Assembly (NCBI RefSeq): GCF_963921235.1
Contig: NC_086097.1
Span: forward strand, 7,254,001-7,318,000
Length of the DNA: 64,000 bases
DNA from: Mobula hypostoma
Taxonomy: Eukaryota
Direction of reading: 5' to 3'
Of the stretch, positions 1 through 12,215 are shown one piece after another; within the stretch, counting starts at the first letter, position 1; every line of letters begins with the position of its first letter. The notes beneath the pieces were generated by a model. That model worked only from the letters and a program-made list of their open reading frames with translations, was not told the origin of the DNA and did no database searches. Both the position numbers and the translations under genes were made by a program.

Positions 1-329
1 GCTATGTTTATGGTCTTATGGCCTTATGGTCCTGAGGCTCCTGGGCCTTTAGTGAGAAGAGAGTAGGCCCTGTGTGGTGGGGGTCCATGATAATGGATGT
101 TGCTTTCCTCTGACGACACTTCAAGTAGATCTTCTCAATGGTGTGGAGGTCTTTACCCATAATGGACAGGACCATATCCAATACATTTTATAGGGTTTTC
201 CATTCAAGGACATTGGTATTTCCATACCAAGCTGTGATGAGACAGTCATTATACTCTCCATTATGCATCTATAAAAGTTTGTCAGAGCTCGCAAGTGCTG
301 TCACATTTCTACTGCCAACATATATCCAT

Positions 330-415
330 ATCTAACTAATCCTGACTGTATGCCTTTGGGATGGGGGAAGAACCTGGAGCACCTAGAGGAAACTGCATCA
401 TCACAGGGCAAGTGT
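330..415 (-). mobile_element. V-SINE core fragment
   Basis: The reverse complement of the V-SINE core (..TTTCCTCTAGGTGCTCCAGGTTCTTCCCCCATCCCAAAGGC..) is homologous to 865-922. Confidence 0.65.
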
Positions 416-707
416 ACTAGCTTCCTATAGACAGCAATGATTTTGTACCTTTATGACTCCTTGAAAATATGCCATCCACACATAGCTTACAAGGATGCAA
501 GAGAAGCTGTGACCCTAGAGGTTCTTCGTAGAGAGGATCTCGGCTATAATGGTATGTAGACCCAAACTGCAACAAGTGATTGGTCATACGAATCAGCACC
601 TTTAGTTTGACCCAGGAATCTCAAACACATCTGATGCTGGATTGCATTGGAAATCGTAATGCTGGCAGTGAGGCCAGAATCAGGGACCTGGAAACCTAGC
701 ACCCATA

Positions 708-1180
708 GACACAAGAGATTCTACAGGTGCTGGGAATCCAGAACAACACACAGAAAATGCAGGAGGAACTTGGGCGGCCCATTAGCGTAGTGGTTAGCGC
801 AATGCTTTACAGTACCAGTGACCCAGTTCCATTCCCACTGCTGTCAGTTAGGAGTTTATAAGTTCTCCCGTGACCGTGTGGATTTCCTCTGGGTGCTCTG
901 GTTTCCACCCACAGTCCAAAGATATACCGGTTAATAAGTTAATTAGTCATTATAAATTGTCCCATCTATAGGCTATGATTAAATCAGCTTGGTGTGGCCC
1001 AAAGGGCCGGAAGGGCATATTCTGTGCTGCATCTCAATGAATAAATACGCTCAGCAGGTCAGGCAGCACCTGTGGAAATGAATAAACAGTCGATATTTCA
1101 GACTGAGATCTCTCATCAGGACTGGAAAGGAAAGGGGGAAGATGCCGCGGTAGGAAGTGATAGGTGAAGCCAGGTGAAAC
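708..1180 (-). mobile_element. Penelope-like terminal (pLTR) fragment interrupted by a SINE
   Basis: AAAATGCAGGAGGAACT (to 770) resumes as CTCAGCAGGTCAGGCAGC at 1050. It is homologous to the termini of the Penelope at 23204-24343. Confidence 0.75.
771..1047 (+). mobile_element. tRNA-derived V-SINE (HE1-like), full length
   Basis: A-box-like TAGCGTAGTGG, a V-domain core (TTCTCCCGTGACCGTGTGGATTTCCTCTGGGTGCTCTGGTTTCC..CCACAGTCCAAAGA), and a CR1-like 3' tail GGGCCGGAAGGGC..TCTGTGCTGCATCTC ending in AATAAATA. Confidence 0.8.
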
Positions 1181-1699
1181 CTCGTACCCATTCTGCTTTT
1201 CCACAGATTTCTACAGAGCCAGCTGAATGATGTGCTTTTGAACTCCCTGTTTCAAAGCTTTAACAGGGTCTCTTTACGTGGCATCTGAATGGACATCAAT
1301 GTATTGATTTTTTTCTCTCTCATTTTAAATCTGCTATCAAATGTAAGATCCTGGGAACCTTGCAACTGTGCCACCATTACTTAGGGGAATCAATGAATTT
1401 CAGAATCGTTTGGCCAGCTTCCCAACCTGTTCCTTTTTCTTCTTAAATGGCATTTTAGTTTGAGTATCCATTTAGTTCTCGAAGTACATTTAGATCACTC
1501 TTTCAGCTCATGACAAACTGAACTGGGTTGCAATCAAATCATTGCAGAATATTTGAAAATCTCTAACTTCATTCAGCTACAGATGAACTCATTAGCAACA
1601 TTTGGTCTCTTTAGTGTAGAATTTCTACACAGTAATGAGTTTGTGTTAATTGGTCTTGTGTCTGCTCAGATACTGCTATCGAATTTCTCCTTCCAGTGC

Positions 1700-2080
1700 T
1701 TTTCCTTTCCTCTTTCCTTCTTCTTCTATTCCACACTCTGGCCTCTTACCTCTTCTCCTCACCAGCCTATCATCTCCCCCTCCTCCTTCCCTTTCTCCCA
1801 TGGTCCAATCTCTTCTCCTATCAGATTCCTTCTTCTCCAGCCCTTTACCTTTTCCAACTTATCACCTCCAAGTTTCTTACTTCATCTCCTCTTTTCCATC
1901 CACCAGGTTTCTTCTATCACATTCTAGATATCCTTCTACACCTTGCCCCACCCTTTTTTTCTGGCATCTTCCCCCTTCCTTTCCAGTGGTAAAGGGACAG
2001 GCTGAAACACCGACTGTTCATTCATTTCCATAGATGCTGCCTGACCTGCTGAGTTCCTCCAGCATTTTGTGTGTGTTGCA
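1700..2080 (+). mobile_element. Penelope-like pyrimidine-rich 3' region/pLTR, decayed
   Basis: C/T-rich tract followed by GAAACACCGACTG..GATGCTGCCTGACCTGCTGAGTTCCTCCAGCA; homologous to 23957-24343. Confidence 0.75.
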
Positions 2081-2269
2081 CCACCATCCCTGTCTTTTTG
2101 CATCCCAAGCATCCTTAAATGTTCCTTGTTCCCCCCACGTGGTTCTCATTTTGGGCTGAAGACTTATAGAACCTTTGTGCTTTCTCGCACGGCTTTGATG
2201 GACAGTTTATCTGTCAGTGTGTTTCTTCTTCCTCCAGTCTCCTGACTTTTAAAATCTATGTTTCAAAAA

Positions 2270-2770
2270 ACAGCCCAGACCATCATGATTAAACCCTTCC
2301 CACCACTGAGCACTTTTACAAGGAGCGTTGTTACAGGAAAATAGCATCCATCATCAGGGTCTCCCACACCCAGATCATGCTCTCTACTCACTGTTGCCAT
2401 CAGGAAGAAGGTACATGAGCTTTAAGTCCTGCACCACTTGGCTCAGCAACATTTATTACCCCTCAATCATCAGGCTTCTGAACCAAATGAAATAATTTCA
2501 CTCAAATTCACTCGCCCTATCATTGAAATATTTGCACACCCTATGGACTCACTTTCAAGGACTCTAAATCTCCTGTTCTCGATATTTATTGTTTATTTAT
2601 TACTATTATTCTGTTTTGTATTTGTAGTTTGTATTCTTTTTGCACATTAATTGCTTGTCCATCTTCGTTGTGTGTGGGTTTTCATTGATTCTATTGTGTT
2701 TCTTTGTAGTTACTGTGAATGCCCACGAGACACACGTGAGTACTTTGGTAATATTTTATTTTGGAACTTA
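2270..2770 (+). mobile_element. Rex1/Babar-like LINE 3' fragment
   Basis: Decayed SIIxD..HP..LLPSGRRY-type C-terminus followed by a T-rich 3' UTR. Similar fragments recur near 4240-4590, 17330-17790, 27740-28250, 38910-39370, 39725-40620, 41645-41945 and 44160-44770. Confidence 0.65.
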
Positions 2771-2897
2771 GAACATATGAGTGTCATCACTTCTCCATCA
2801 CTGCTTTTTCATTTATCCAAATATTTCAGCCATTCTTTTCAAGTTTATTCCATCCACTGTTCATTTGGACATATCAGTTTATTTTTTTAAAACATTC

Positions 2898-3401
2898 TGT
2901 CAGGGCGCTGAAGCAGGGATCCAATCGCAGACCCAGTACTGTGCGTACTGTGATATTTACTGAGCAGCAGATCCAGGGGGGCAACATCAAAGTTCAGGCA
3001 GAGATCAAAATATGCAGAGAAATCCAAAAACCAGAATCGGGGAAACAGGCAGAGTCAATATTCAGACGGACAGAGTAGAGATACAAATGCTGGAAAGGCT
3101 CAGGAAAACTCACTGGCACAATCTGGCAACGAACAGGTGAAAACACAGGACTGAACTACACTGAGCAATAAACGGAGAGGCAGATGATAGGTGGAGCACA
3201 ATGAGACACAGGTGGCAGCAATACAGGTAATAATGAGAAACAGGTGAGAGACGGAGTACTTGGTAATACAGGGGCCAGAGTAGAGCAGGAGTGGGGACAG
3301 GAACACTTGGGGCATGAAAATAAACAAGAGCAAATGGCAATACAAAACCACAGACTGACAGCTAGGGGGAAAGTACACAAAAAGACAAAGTTCAACTGAC
3401 A
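2898..3401. mobile_element. Solo LTR (504 bp) with 5-bp TSD
   Basis: It starts TGTCAG and ends CTGACA (inverted termini, TG..CA) and is flanked by CATTC at 2893-2897 and 3402-3406. Confidence 0.85.
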
Positions 3402-3802
3402 CATTCTTAGGTCATAATTTGTCACTCACTCAAAAATGAGAATGAGAGTGCTGGTCATAACTAATCACATACAGGAAAACTTCATCATTTGCATAATGTT
3501 TGTCATCAAGACATGAACTACGGTAACACTGAGTAGAGTCAGTGCACGAAGGTCCACTGAATCAATGGTAACTCTTGGTAGAATGATCCATTCAGAGTCA
3601 TTCCTCTGTTTTTTTCTCTTGAGTTATTTCCATTTTCCTTTTGAAAGCTCTGCTTGGATCTGTTTTGATGACCCTCCAGTATAGTGATTTCCATTTTGTA
3701 ACCGGTTTCTCTGTCATTAAAAAAAAAATAGGCTCACACATACATCAACATACCCTCAATAATGGGAACAGCTTCTCTTCAGCTCTGAATCCTAACCTCC
3801 AA

Positions 3803-4218
3803 GAGTACCACAATCTTGTAGGGTTTGGAGGCTTGCATGCCTTAATGACCTGGAAAGCGATGTTGGCTGGAGTCAGGGCGTTATGTTTTGGTTCTTGGTA
3901 AGGTCTCACATGCCAAACAGGTCAAAGGGCAGAGGCCAGACTAGGAATGGTCCACCAGTCCTCCAGGTGCAGAGGTTTAGCTCAGGGCTAACGACCCTGA
4001 CTGGTAAATTACAATTGCGGAAATTACGGAAACAGCAATGAAGAATACTTCTGCATCTGATTTTGGTGGTATTCCTGAGTCTCCACCCAGGACCTGCATG
4101 ACTAACAGTAGTGAAAACCATGATGCTACTGAGATGATAAAGAAAACCCTGAACATCACCAGAGGTGGAGGACCTTCATTGTTGCTCAAAACACCAGCAG
4201 TGTAATAGGCAGTAAGTA
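3803..4218 (+). mobile_element. Non-autonomous RTE-derived element (5' UTR joined to 3' tail), copy 1
   Basis: RTE/Expander-type 5' UTR (..CATGCCAAACAGGTCAAAGGGCAGAGGCCAGACTA..) joined to the 3' end GGAGGACCTTCATTG..GGCAGTAAGTAG. A second copy lies at 28497-28812. Confidence 0.6.
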
Positions 4219-5480
4219 GTAATCGCAGTATCATACCTAAATCCATCAGCATGGTGTACGCCTCCATCAAATATTCTCTCAGCCATCAGGCACTCGAACA
4301 AGAGGGGATAATCTCACTCATTTTCATTCACCCCATCACTGAACTATTCCCACAACCTATGGACTCACTTTTATTTATTTGTTTGTTTCTTTCTTTCTTT
4401 GTTAATTAATTAATTGATTATTACTTTTTTTGGTATTTGCACAGTTTTTTGTTTTTTGCACATTGGTTGTTTGTTCATCATATTGGGGATGGTCTTTCTT
4501 GTATTATGTTTCTTGTATTTACTGTGAATACCCACAAAAAATGATTCTCAGGTTTGTACATGGTGACATATACGTACTTTGAGCTTTGAAACTTTCACAC
4601 TCTAAGAACAGCCCAACTCTTCCAGTCTCACCTTACAAATTTCCTGGAACCATTCCTGTAAATAGATTCTGCACCCTCTCTAGGATCTCCACATCCTTCA
4701 CTCAAGAGTTTGGCTGGAATTCCTTGATCTACAGTAGTATCTAACGGAGGTCCACGTTAGCCAATACATTTGTTGGTCAACAACAATAGAAAGGTTTAAT
4801 AGAAAATAAAGAGTGATTTCCAGAAAACAATCTTTTCATGATTAAATGTCAGCATAAACAGAAAGCAGCTTCATTGGCATGTGAATGCCAAGCTGCCCAA
4901 ATTTGAGAAAGTATTTCATATTGTAGTCATTGCCACCTACGCATGCAGTATTGCTCTGCTGTGTATAGTGCTGCTTCTTCAGACAATGAGGTTGTTCAGC
5001 TAAACTGGATATTCTATTTGTGCTATCTGTGGGAAACGTTTCACTGAGCAGTGATTGAAGTGAATGTAGCAACGTCCTCTGATGAAGATCAAATCCGAGC
5101 AACAATTTTACAGTGCAATTTTAATGTACTAATGTAATTTATAGTTCACAAACTAACACTAAATTAAAATGTGTTTATTTGAGAACATCATACAAATATC
5201 TCACTCCTGTAAGACCATAGATTTCTCTGTTATTTACACAAAGCAGTAAACCTGGAAAAGTCATATGAATGCAAAAAACTTGCTATTGCTTATGAGTTAC
5301 ATGATTAAAAATAAACCTTAGGGAAAGTAACGAGTAAATTAAAACTATAATTTTCTTTCTATCATTGAGCTTAAGCTGCTGAAAATCATAACTGCCACGT
5401 CGGGTCATCAAAACTACCCAATGCATCACTGGCACCAGCCTACCCGTCTTCAAGGACATATACATGGAGATGGTCAGGCG

Positions 5481-6110
5481 GGAGGAGAAGATAGCAGCAC
5501 GACGCAGCGCGTGCAGCTCTCCGGTGAAATGATATCGTATCTGTTAAATAGGGGCCGTGGATAATTCTGATTCGATGGAGACAGACGTGAGAAGCAGTGG
5601 AACATCTGGAGAAATTTCTGAAACACCCAGTTCACTGCTGCTGTTACTGTGCAATTGAGAATCTTCTAGAGGGAAGGCCCCAAATTCCCCGGCTTTGCCT
5701 GCTGCTGGCGACCAAGGCTGAGGTCGATAGAGATGGTGCTCGGTACTTGGTGTCGGGGGGCTGATCAGAGGCTTGAACTTTTCGGACGAGTCAGAGTTGG
5801 ACTGTGGTCGGGCATGGCAGGGAGAGTTTTCTTCCTTCTCCTGTCTGCGTGAGATGTGGGACTTTTTTAGAGACTTTGAACTTTTTTACTGTGCCATGGC
5901 CTGTTCTTCATCAAGTTATGGTATTGTTGCACTGTTGTAACTATATGTTATAGTTATGTGGTTTTTGTTAGTTTTTCAGTCTTGGTCTGTCCTGTGTTTC
6001 TCTGATATCACACCGGAGGAATATTGTATTATTTCTTAATGCATGCATTACTAAATGACAATAAAAGAGGACCACGTGACCTCATAAACTATTCTAATAA
6101 TCTAATCTAA
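5481..6110 (+). mobile_element. Non-autonomous retroposon (630-700 bp family), copy 1
   Basis: Starts GGAGGAGAAGATAGCAGC and ends AATAAAAGAGGAC..(TAATC)n; homologous to 18669-19350 and 50458-51137. Confidence 0.8.
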
Positions 6111-6315
6111 TACGTAGAAAGGACCAGTAATATCATGAAGGGTCCTGTTCTTCATGATACCCTGCTCATGGACTGCCCGTCCCACTCCCATCAGGGAGAA
6201 GGCTACGCATCTTCCACACCAGGACCACCATACTCAAAAACAGTTACTATCCCCAAGCAGTATGGCTGATCAACACCTCCACCCATTAACCCACCACACT
6301 ACTTTATCATCTGTT

Positions 6316-7150
6316 AGACCACAAGACCATAAGATACAGGTGCAGAAGTAGGCCATTTGGCCCATTGAGTCTGCTCCACCATTCAATCATGGGCTGATTC
6401 AATTCTCCCAGTCATCCCCTGCCTTCTCCCCATACCCTTTGATGCCCTGGCTAATCAAAAACCTATCCATCTCTGCTTTCACCCAATGACTTGGCCTCCA
6501 CAGCCACTCGTGGCAACAAATTCTACAGGTTTTCCACTCTCTGACTAAAACAATTTATCCGCATCTCAGTTCTAAAAGGACGTCTTTCAATCCTGAAGTT
6601 GTGCCCTCCTGTTCTAGAACCCCCTACCATGGGAAATAACTTTGCCTTATCTAATCTGTTCAGGCCTTTTAACATTCAGAATGTTTCTATGAGATCCCCC
6701 CTTATTATCCTGAACTCCTGGGAATACAGCCCAAGGGCTGCCAGACATTCCTCATATGGTAACCCTTACATTCCTGGAATCTTTTTTGTGAATCTTCTCT
6801 GAACCCTCTCCAAAGTCAGCATATCCATTCTAAGATACGGAACCCAAAATTGCACACAATACTTCAAGTGTGGTCTCACGAGTACCTTATAGAGCCTCAA
6901 CATCACATCCCTCTTCTTATATTCTATACCTCTAGAAATGAATGCCAACATTGCATTCACCTTCTTCACAACCGACTCAACCTGGAGGTTAATCTTTAGG
7001 GAGGCCTGCATAAGAACTCCCAATTCCCATTGCATCTCTGCATTTTGAATTCTCTCCCCATCTGAATAATAGTCTGCCTGTTTATTCCTTCCACCAACGT
7101 ACATGACCATACACTTTCCAACATCACATTTCATTTGCATTTTTCCTTCC
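6316..7150 (-). mobile_element. CR1 LINE, 5'-truncated (ORF2 C-terminus + 3' UTR)
   Basis: ORF 6766-7152 reads LRLYKVLVRPHLKYCVQFW..LERVQRRFTK, followed by the CR1 3' stem and (TCTTATGG)n tail. Same subfamily as 53550-56303. Confidence 0.9.
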
Positions 7151-7506
7151 AATCACCTTAAGCACAGACACTCCTGTACCTAATGTCAATTCATGGACAC
7201 ACTATCAACCTGTATATATTATGTATTTATATTTATTGTGTATTTTCTATTAGTTGTGTTTTATATCTTATTGTGTATTTTTTCTGCTGCATTAGATTGA
7301 GAATTACAACTATTTCATTCTCCTTTACACTTGTGTACTGGGAATGAAATCAAAAAATTTTGAATTTAATTATCTAAGTCAACTTTCTCAGCTAGTCATG
7401 TGTCACTTCTCTTTGATTTTTATTACATAATATTTCATACAACTTTTGCATTGTACTTAACAGTCAAGAAAGTGTCATATTAATGCCTCCTGCAGGGTGT
7501 TCCTTT

Positions 7507-8240
7507 CATAGAAACATAGAAAACCTACAGCACAATACAGGCCCTTCAGCCCACAAAACTGTGCTGAATATGTCCTTACCTTAGAAATTACCTAGGGTTA
7601 CCCACAGCCCTCTATTTTTCTGAGCTCCATGTACCTGTCCAAGAGTCTCTTAAAAGACCTTATCGCATCCACCTCCATCAGCGTCACTGGCAGTCCATTC
7701 CATGCACTCACACTCTCTACGTAAAAAACTTACCCCCAAAATCTAGTTTGTACCTACTTCCAAGCACTTTAAAACTGTGCCCTCTCATGCTAGCTATTTC
7801 AGCCCTGGGAAAAAGCCTCTGACTATCCACATGATCAATGCCTCTCATCATCGTATACACCTCTACCAGGTTACCCCTCATCCTCCGTCACTCCAAGGAA
7901 AAAAGGCAGAGTTCACTCAACCTATTCTCATAAGGCATGCTCCCCAATCCAGGCAACATCCTTGTAAGTACCTTCTGCACCCTTTCTATGACTTCCACAT
8001 CCTTCCTGTAGTAAGGTGACCAGAACTGAGCAAAGTACTCCAAGTGGGGTCAGACCAGGGTCCTATATAGCTGCAACATTACCTCTCAGCTCCGAAACAG
8101 AATCCCACAATTGATGAAGGTCAATGCACCGTATGCTTTCTTAACCATAGAGTCAACCTGCGCAGCAGCTTTGAGTGTCCTATGGACTCAGACCCCAAGA
8201 TCCCTTTGATCCTCCACAATGGCATACTACCATTACCCAA
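7507..8240 (-). mobile_element. CR1 LINE 3' fragment
   Basis: Reverse-complement tail CATAGAAACATAGAAA plus GGCCCTTCAGCCC, with the ORF2 C-terminus on the minus strand. Confidence 0.85.
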
Positions 8241-8249
8241 TCCCCCACT

Positions 8250-8825
8250 TCCTCATGGCATGGGATCCAAGGTGACATTGCTTTGTGGATCCAGAACTGG
8301 CTTGCCCATAGAAGCAAAGAGTGATTGTAGATGGGTCATATTCTGCATGGAAGCCGGTGACTGGTGGTATGCCTCAGGGATCTGTTCTGGGACACCCTAC
8401 TCTTTGTGATTTTTATAAATGACCTGGATGAGGAAGTGGAAGGATGGATTAGTAAATTTGCTGATTACACAAAGGTTGAGGTGTTGTGGATAGTGTGGAG
8501 GGCTGTCAGAGGTTACAGCGGGACATTGATGGGATGCAAAACTGGGCTGAGAAGTGGCAGATGGAGTTCAACCCAGATAAGTGTGAGGTGGTTCATTTTG
8601 GTAGGTCAAATATGATGGCAAAATATAGCATTAATGGTAAGACTCTTGGCAGTGTGAAGGATCAGAGGGATCTTGGGGTCCAAGTTCATAGGACACTCAA
8701 AGTTGCTTCGCAGGTTGACTCTGTGGTTAAGAGTGCATACGGTGCATTGACCTTCATCAATCGCGGGATTGAGTTCAAGAGCCGAAAGGTAATGTTGCAG
8801 GACCCTATGTTTCTATGTTTCTATG
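8250..8825 (+). mobile_element. CR1 RT fragment ending in (TTTCTATG)n
   Basis: Translations FVIFINDLD..ISKFADYTK and LQRDID..WAEKWQMEFNPDKC (ORFs 8364 and 8486). Confidence 0.85.
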
Positions 8826-10724
8826 TTAATAAGAGAGGTCAGAGAAGAATGGCCCAATACATTTCAAGGTGACAGTAGTTCAAATAACCAGGCATTACAA
8901 CAGTAACAAAGGAACATCTCTGATTGCACAACATGTTAATCCTTGAAGTAGATTGGCTATAGCCACAGAAAACCATGAACATTTTATTATCTACTGGAGA
9001 TATTGTACCTGAGAAAATGGTTTTTGCAGAGTAGAAGAAAAAGGAGTGATAGGAGTGATTCCTAGAAAATAATCTCTTCTTGATTAAATGTCTCTATAAA
9101 TGTGTTGGTCTTTATTCTCTGCATTGCAGGTTTGAATAAAGCAATATATAACTCATATTCATGATTTTTTTATTTATCACCACTGCAAGAACTATTTACT
9201 TTTTATAAAGGGAAAGGAAATGGTGATTTATTCTCTGTGAAAAAGTGGGGTTTGTGTCTAGAATTGCATTTCCAGAGAGGTTGAAGACACTATCACAGAA
9301 TCTTTGTGGTGGCACACTTATTCAATGCTTGCTAGAAGGAAGACATATTCCCTTCCATGGATGGCTTGAGTAAAGAAGCACCACAATGAACTAGGTAAAA
9401 GACCCAAAACTTTAAAATAATATCCAACACCTTGGATTCTTTTCTTCAAACTCTTAATCATGCCAATTTTCTTTTTGTGGATATAGAAGCACAGGACAGA
9501 CATTTCTGAGCAACACACACAAAATGCTGGAGGAACTCAGCAGGCCAGGCAGCATCTATGGAAAATAGCACAGTCGACGTTTCCAAGAGACACTTCTATT
9601 ATTTACTTGTGTAATTCACTCAGTATTCCACCATAATGTATAATCTTTTCTTTCAACTGGCCTACCTCTCTTTAGCCAGTGTTGTGAATGGGTGGCATTC
9701 ACTGCCACAGATGGCTGGGGGTATATTTAACGCAGGGGATCTTGATTACTAAGGGCATCAAAGGTTAAGGGGAGAAAGCTGGATAATGGGGTTGAGAGGG
9801 TCAATAAGTCAGCCATGATGGAATGGTGAAGCAGACTTGATGGGCCAAATGGCCTTATTCTGCTCCTATGTCTTATGTCTTATGTACTCCTGTTAATGAG
9901 TCTTTCATGCGGCTGTGCATTAACAGAATGCTTACCCTTACACATGTGCTTGTGATTTCTATTTTACAGACTGGATGGGCCGAATGGCCCTTTCTCTGTG
10001 CTGTACTTTTCTATGATTCTATGTGCTTCCCTCCTTATCTCATCTGGTCCCAAGTGAGGACTGCTCTCTCTCTTCCATTCACAAGGCTTGACCATCTAGA
10101 TGCAGGGAGTATGCATCTCCCTTGCTGAGAGGTTTAGAACCAGAGGTCAATACAGAACAAATTCTCAAGATACAGAAAAAGGCATTTAGGAGTGAGATGA
10201 AGAGAAATGTCTACATTAAAATAGATTTAAACCAATGATATTCTCTTAAGACAAAAGGCTGTGGAGGCCAAAAAAGCTGAATTAAATTTATGTAAGAGAC
10301 AGACAGGCTTCCGGTTGGGTGCACTTCAGGGTGAGTGATTGGGATCAGTTAGGATCTATTGAATGGAGTGATGGATTGAAAGCTCTACTCTTGCCCTTAT
10401 CATTCAATGTTTTTGCTTCATCTTATGTGAAGTCCTGGTGAACCCACGATGGTAGGGTAGACACACCTCCCACACTCCATCTCTGTTGCTCTCCTGCTAT
10501 TCGAACACATGCTCAACTTGACTTGTTACTCCTGAGTTCTGCATTTGTGGACCAATCTGTGCTTTACGACATTTCCAAAAATAAACATGGATGACGGTAC
10601 CCACACACAATTCTTCAATACTCAAGAGAGTTTTCCAGGATAGTGCATCCAATCCTGGCATTTTCCAACATCTGGGGTCACTTGAAGGAGGAGTGGAGTG
10701 CCTCCCTCCCCAAATAAGAAGGCA

Positions 10725-11284
10725 CTAAAGTGCCTCCACTTCCTGTTGAGATTGAAGTAAGTGAGGATCCCCCCCCCACCATCTTAACTGAATTTTACAG
10801 GGACACCTTTGAGAGCATCCTGACAAGCTGCATAACCATCTTCTATGGGAGCGGCGAGCGTCAGACTGGACGTCCCTCCAAAGGACTGTGAGAACAGCCG
10901 AGAGAATCACAGGGGTTTCCCTAACATCCATCAGGGACATTGATCAGGAACACTGTGTACACAGGACCCTCAGTGTTATCAAGGAACCCACACATCCATC
11001 CAGCATCCTCTTTGACTTCTTACCATCAGGCAGGAGACTCTGATGCATAAAAACAAGAACGGTCAGGATGAGAAACAGCTTCTTCCCCCAGGCCATGAAG
11101 ATTCTGAGCCCCCCCTGCCACATCGCATTCAAAGTGTTACTGGATAATTTGTACAATATTAAATTTCTGGGTTTTTACTTTGTTTACCTATACATAATTC
11201 ATTTGTAGATTTAATTCTAACTTTCCTAAGTTATTGTGTGTTATACATGTGTGATGTGTTTCTCCTGGTCCGGAGAAAAGTTGT
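10725..11284 (+). mobile_element. Rex1/Babar-like LINE 3' fragment
   Basis: Decayed ESILTSCIT..W..LQRTVRTAERITG..HPS..LLPSGRR..SFFPQA coding remnant followed by the 3' UTR. Confidence 0.75.
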
Positions 11285-12215
11285 CAGAATCAGAATCAGG
11301 TTTAAAATTATCGGCATATGTCATGAAATTTGTTAACTTTGTGGCAGTAGCACAATGCAATATATGCTAATATAGAAAAAAATGTGAATTACAGTAAATA
11401 TAGATATTATAGTTAAATTAAATAACTGGTGCAAAGACAGAAATAAAAAAGCATTGCGGTAGTGTTCATGGGGTCAATGTCCTTTCAGAAATCAAATGGC
11501 AGAGGGGAAGAAGCTGTGTCTTGTTGAGACAAATCCCCTTGAAGATGCCTTCGATGCTACAGTGCTATTGCCCGTGATGGAGCTGACTAATTTTACAACT
11601 CTCTGCAGTTTACTTTGATCCTGTGCAGTAGACCCCCCTCCTCCCCACCCCACCCCCCGCATACCAGACAGTGACGCAGCCAGTTAGAATGCTCTTCACG
11701 GTACAGGTAGGAATTTGCGTTTTAGGTTACATACCAAATCTCCTCAAACTGCAAATGAAATATAGCCGCTGTCTTGCCTTCTTTATAGCTGTGTCGATAT
11801 GTTGGGCCCAGATTAGATCTTCAGAAATATTGACAGCAAAGATCTTGAAACTGCTCACTCTCTCCACTTCTGATCTACTGGTGTGGGCTCCCTCGTCTTA
11901 CGCTTGCTGCAGTCCACGATCAGCTCTTTGGTCTTACTGACGTTGAGAGCAAGGTTGTAGCTGCCACACCACACAACCAGCTAGTATATCTTGCTCTCAT
12001 ATGAGCTCTTGTCATCGTCAGCCAATAATAATTGTATCATCAGCAGATTTATAGATGGCATTTGAACTGTGCCTGGCCACACAGGCATGACCATAGAGAG
12101 AGTAGAGCAGTGGGCTAAGCACAGATCCATGAGGTGCACCAGTGTTGATTGTCAGTGTGGGGGAGATGTTATTTCCAGTCTGCACAGATTGTGGTCTTCT
12201 GGTTAAGAAGTATCT
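11285..12215 (-). mobile_element. Rex1/Babar-like LINE fragment
   Basis: ORF 12018-12287 reads TGAPHGSVLSPLLYSLY..IYKSADDT (RT); reverse-complement (ATTCTG)n tail at 11285. Similar minus-strand fragments lie at 15540-16410, 36195-36560 and 42190-42720. Confidence 0.8.

Noticed and set aside
4865..4896. Short hairpin TTGGCAT-GTGA-ATGCCAA; similar CCCATTTG/CAAATGGG at about 12879-12899
   Set aside because: Stems of 7-8 bp are expected by chance in 64 kb, and there is no supporting motif.
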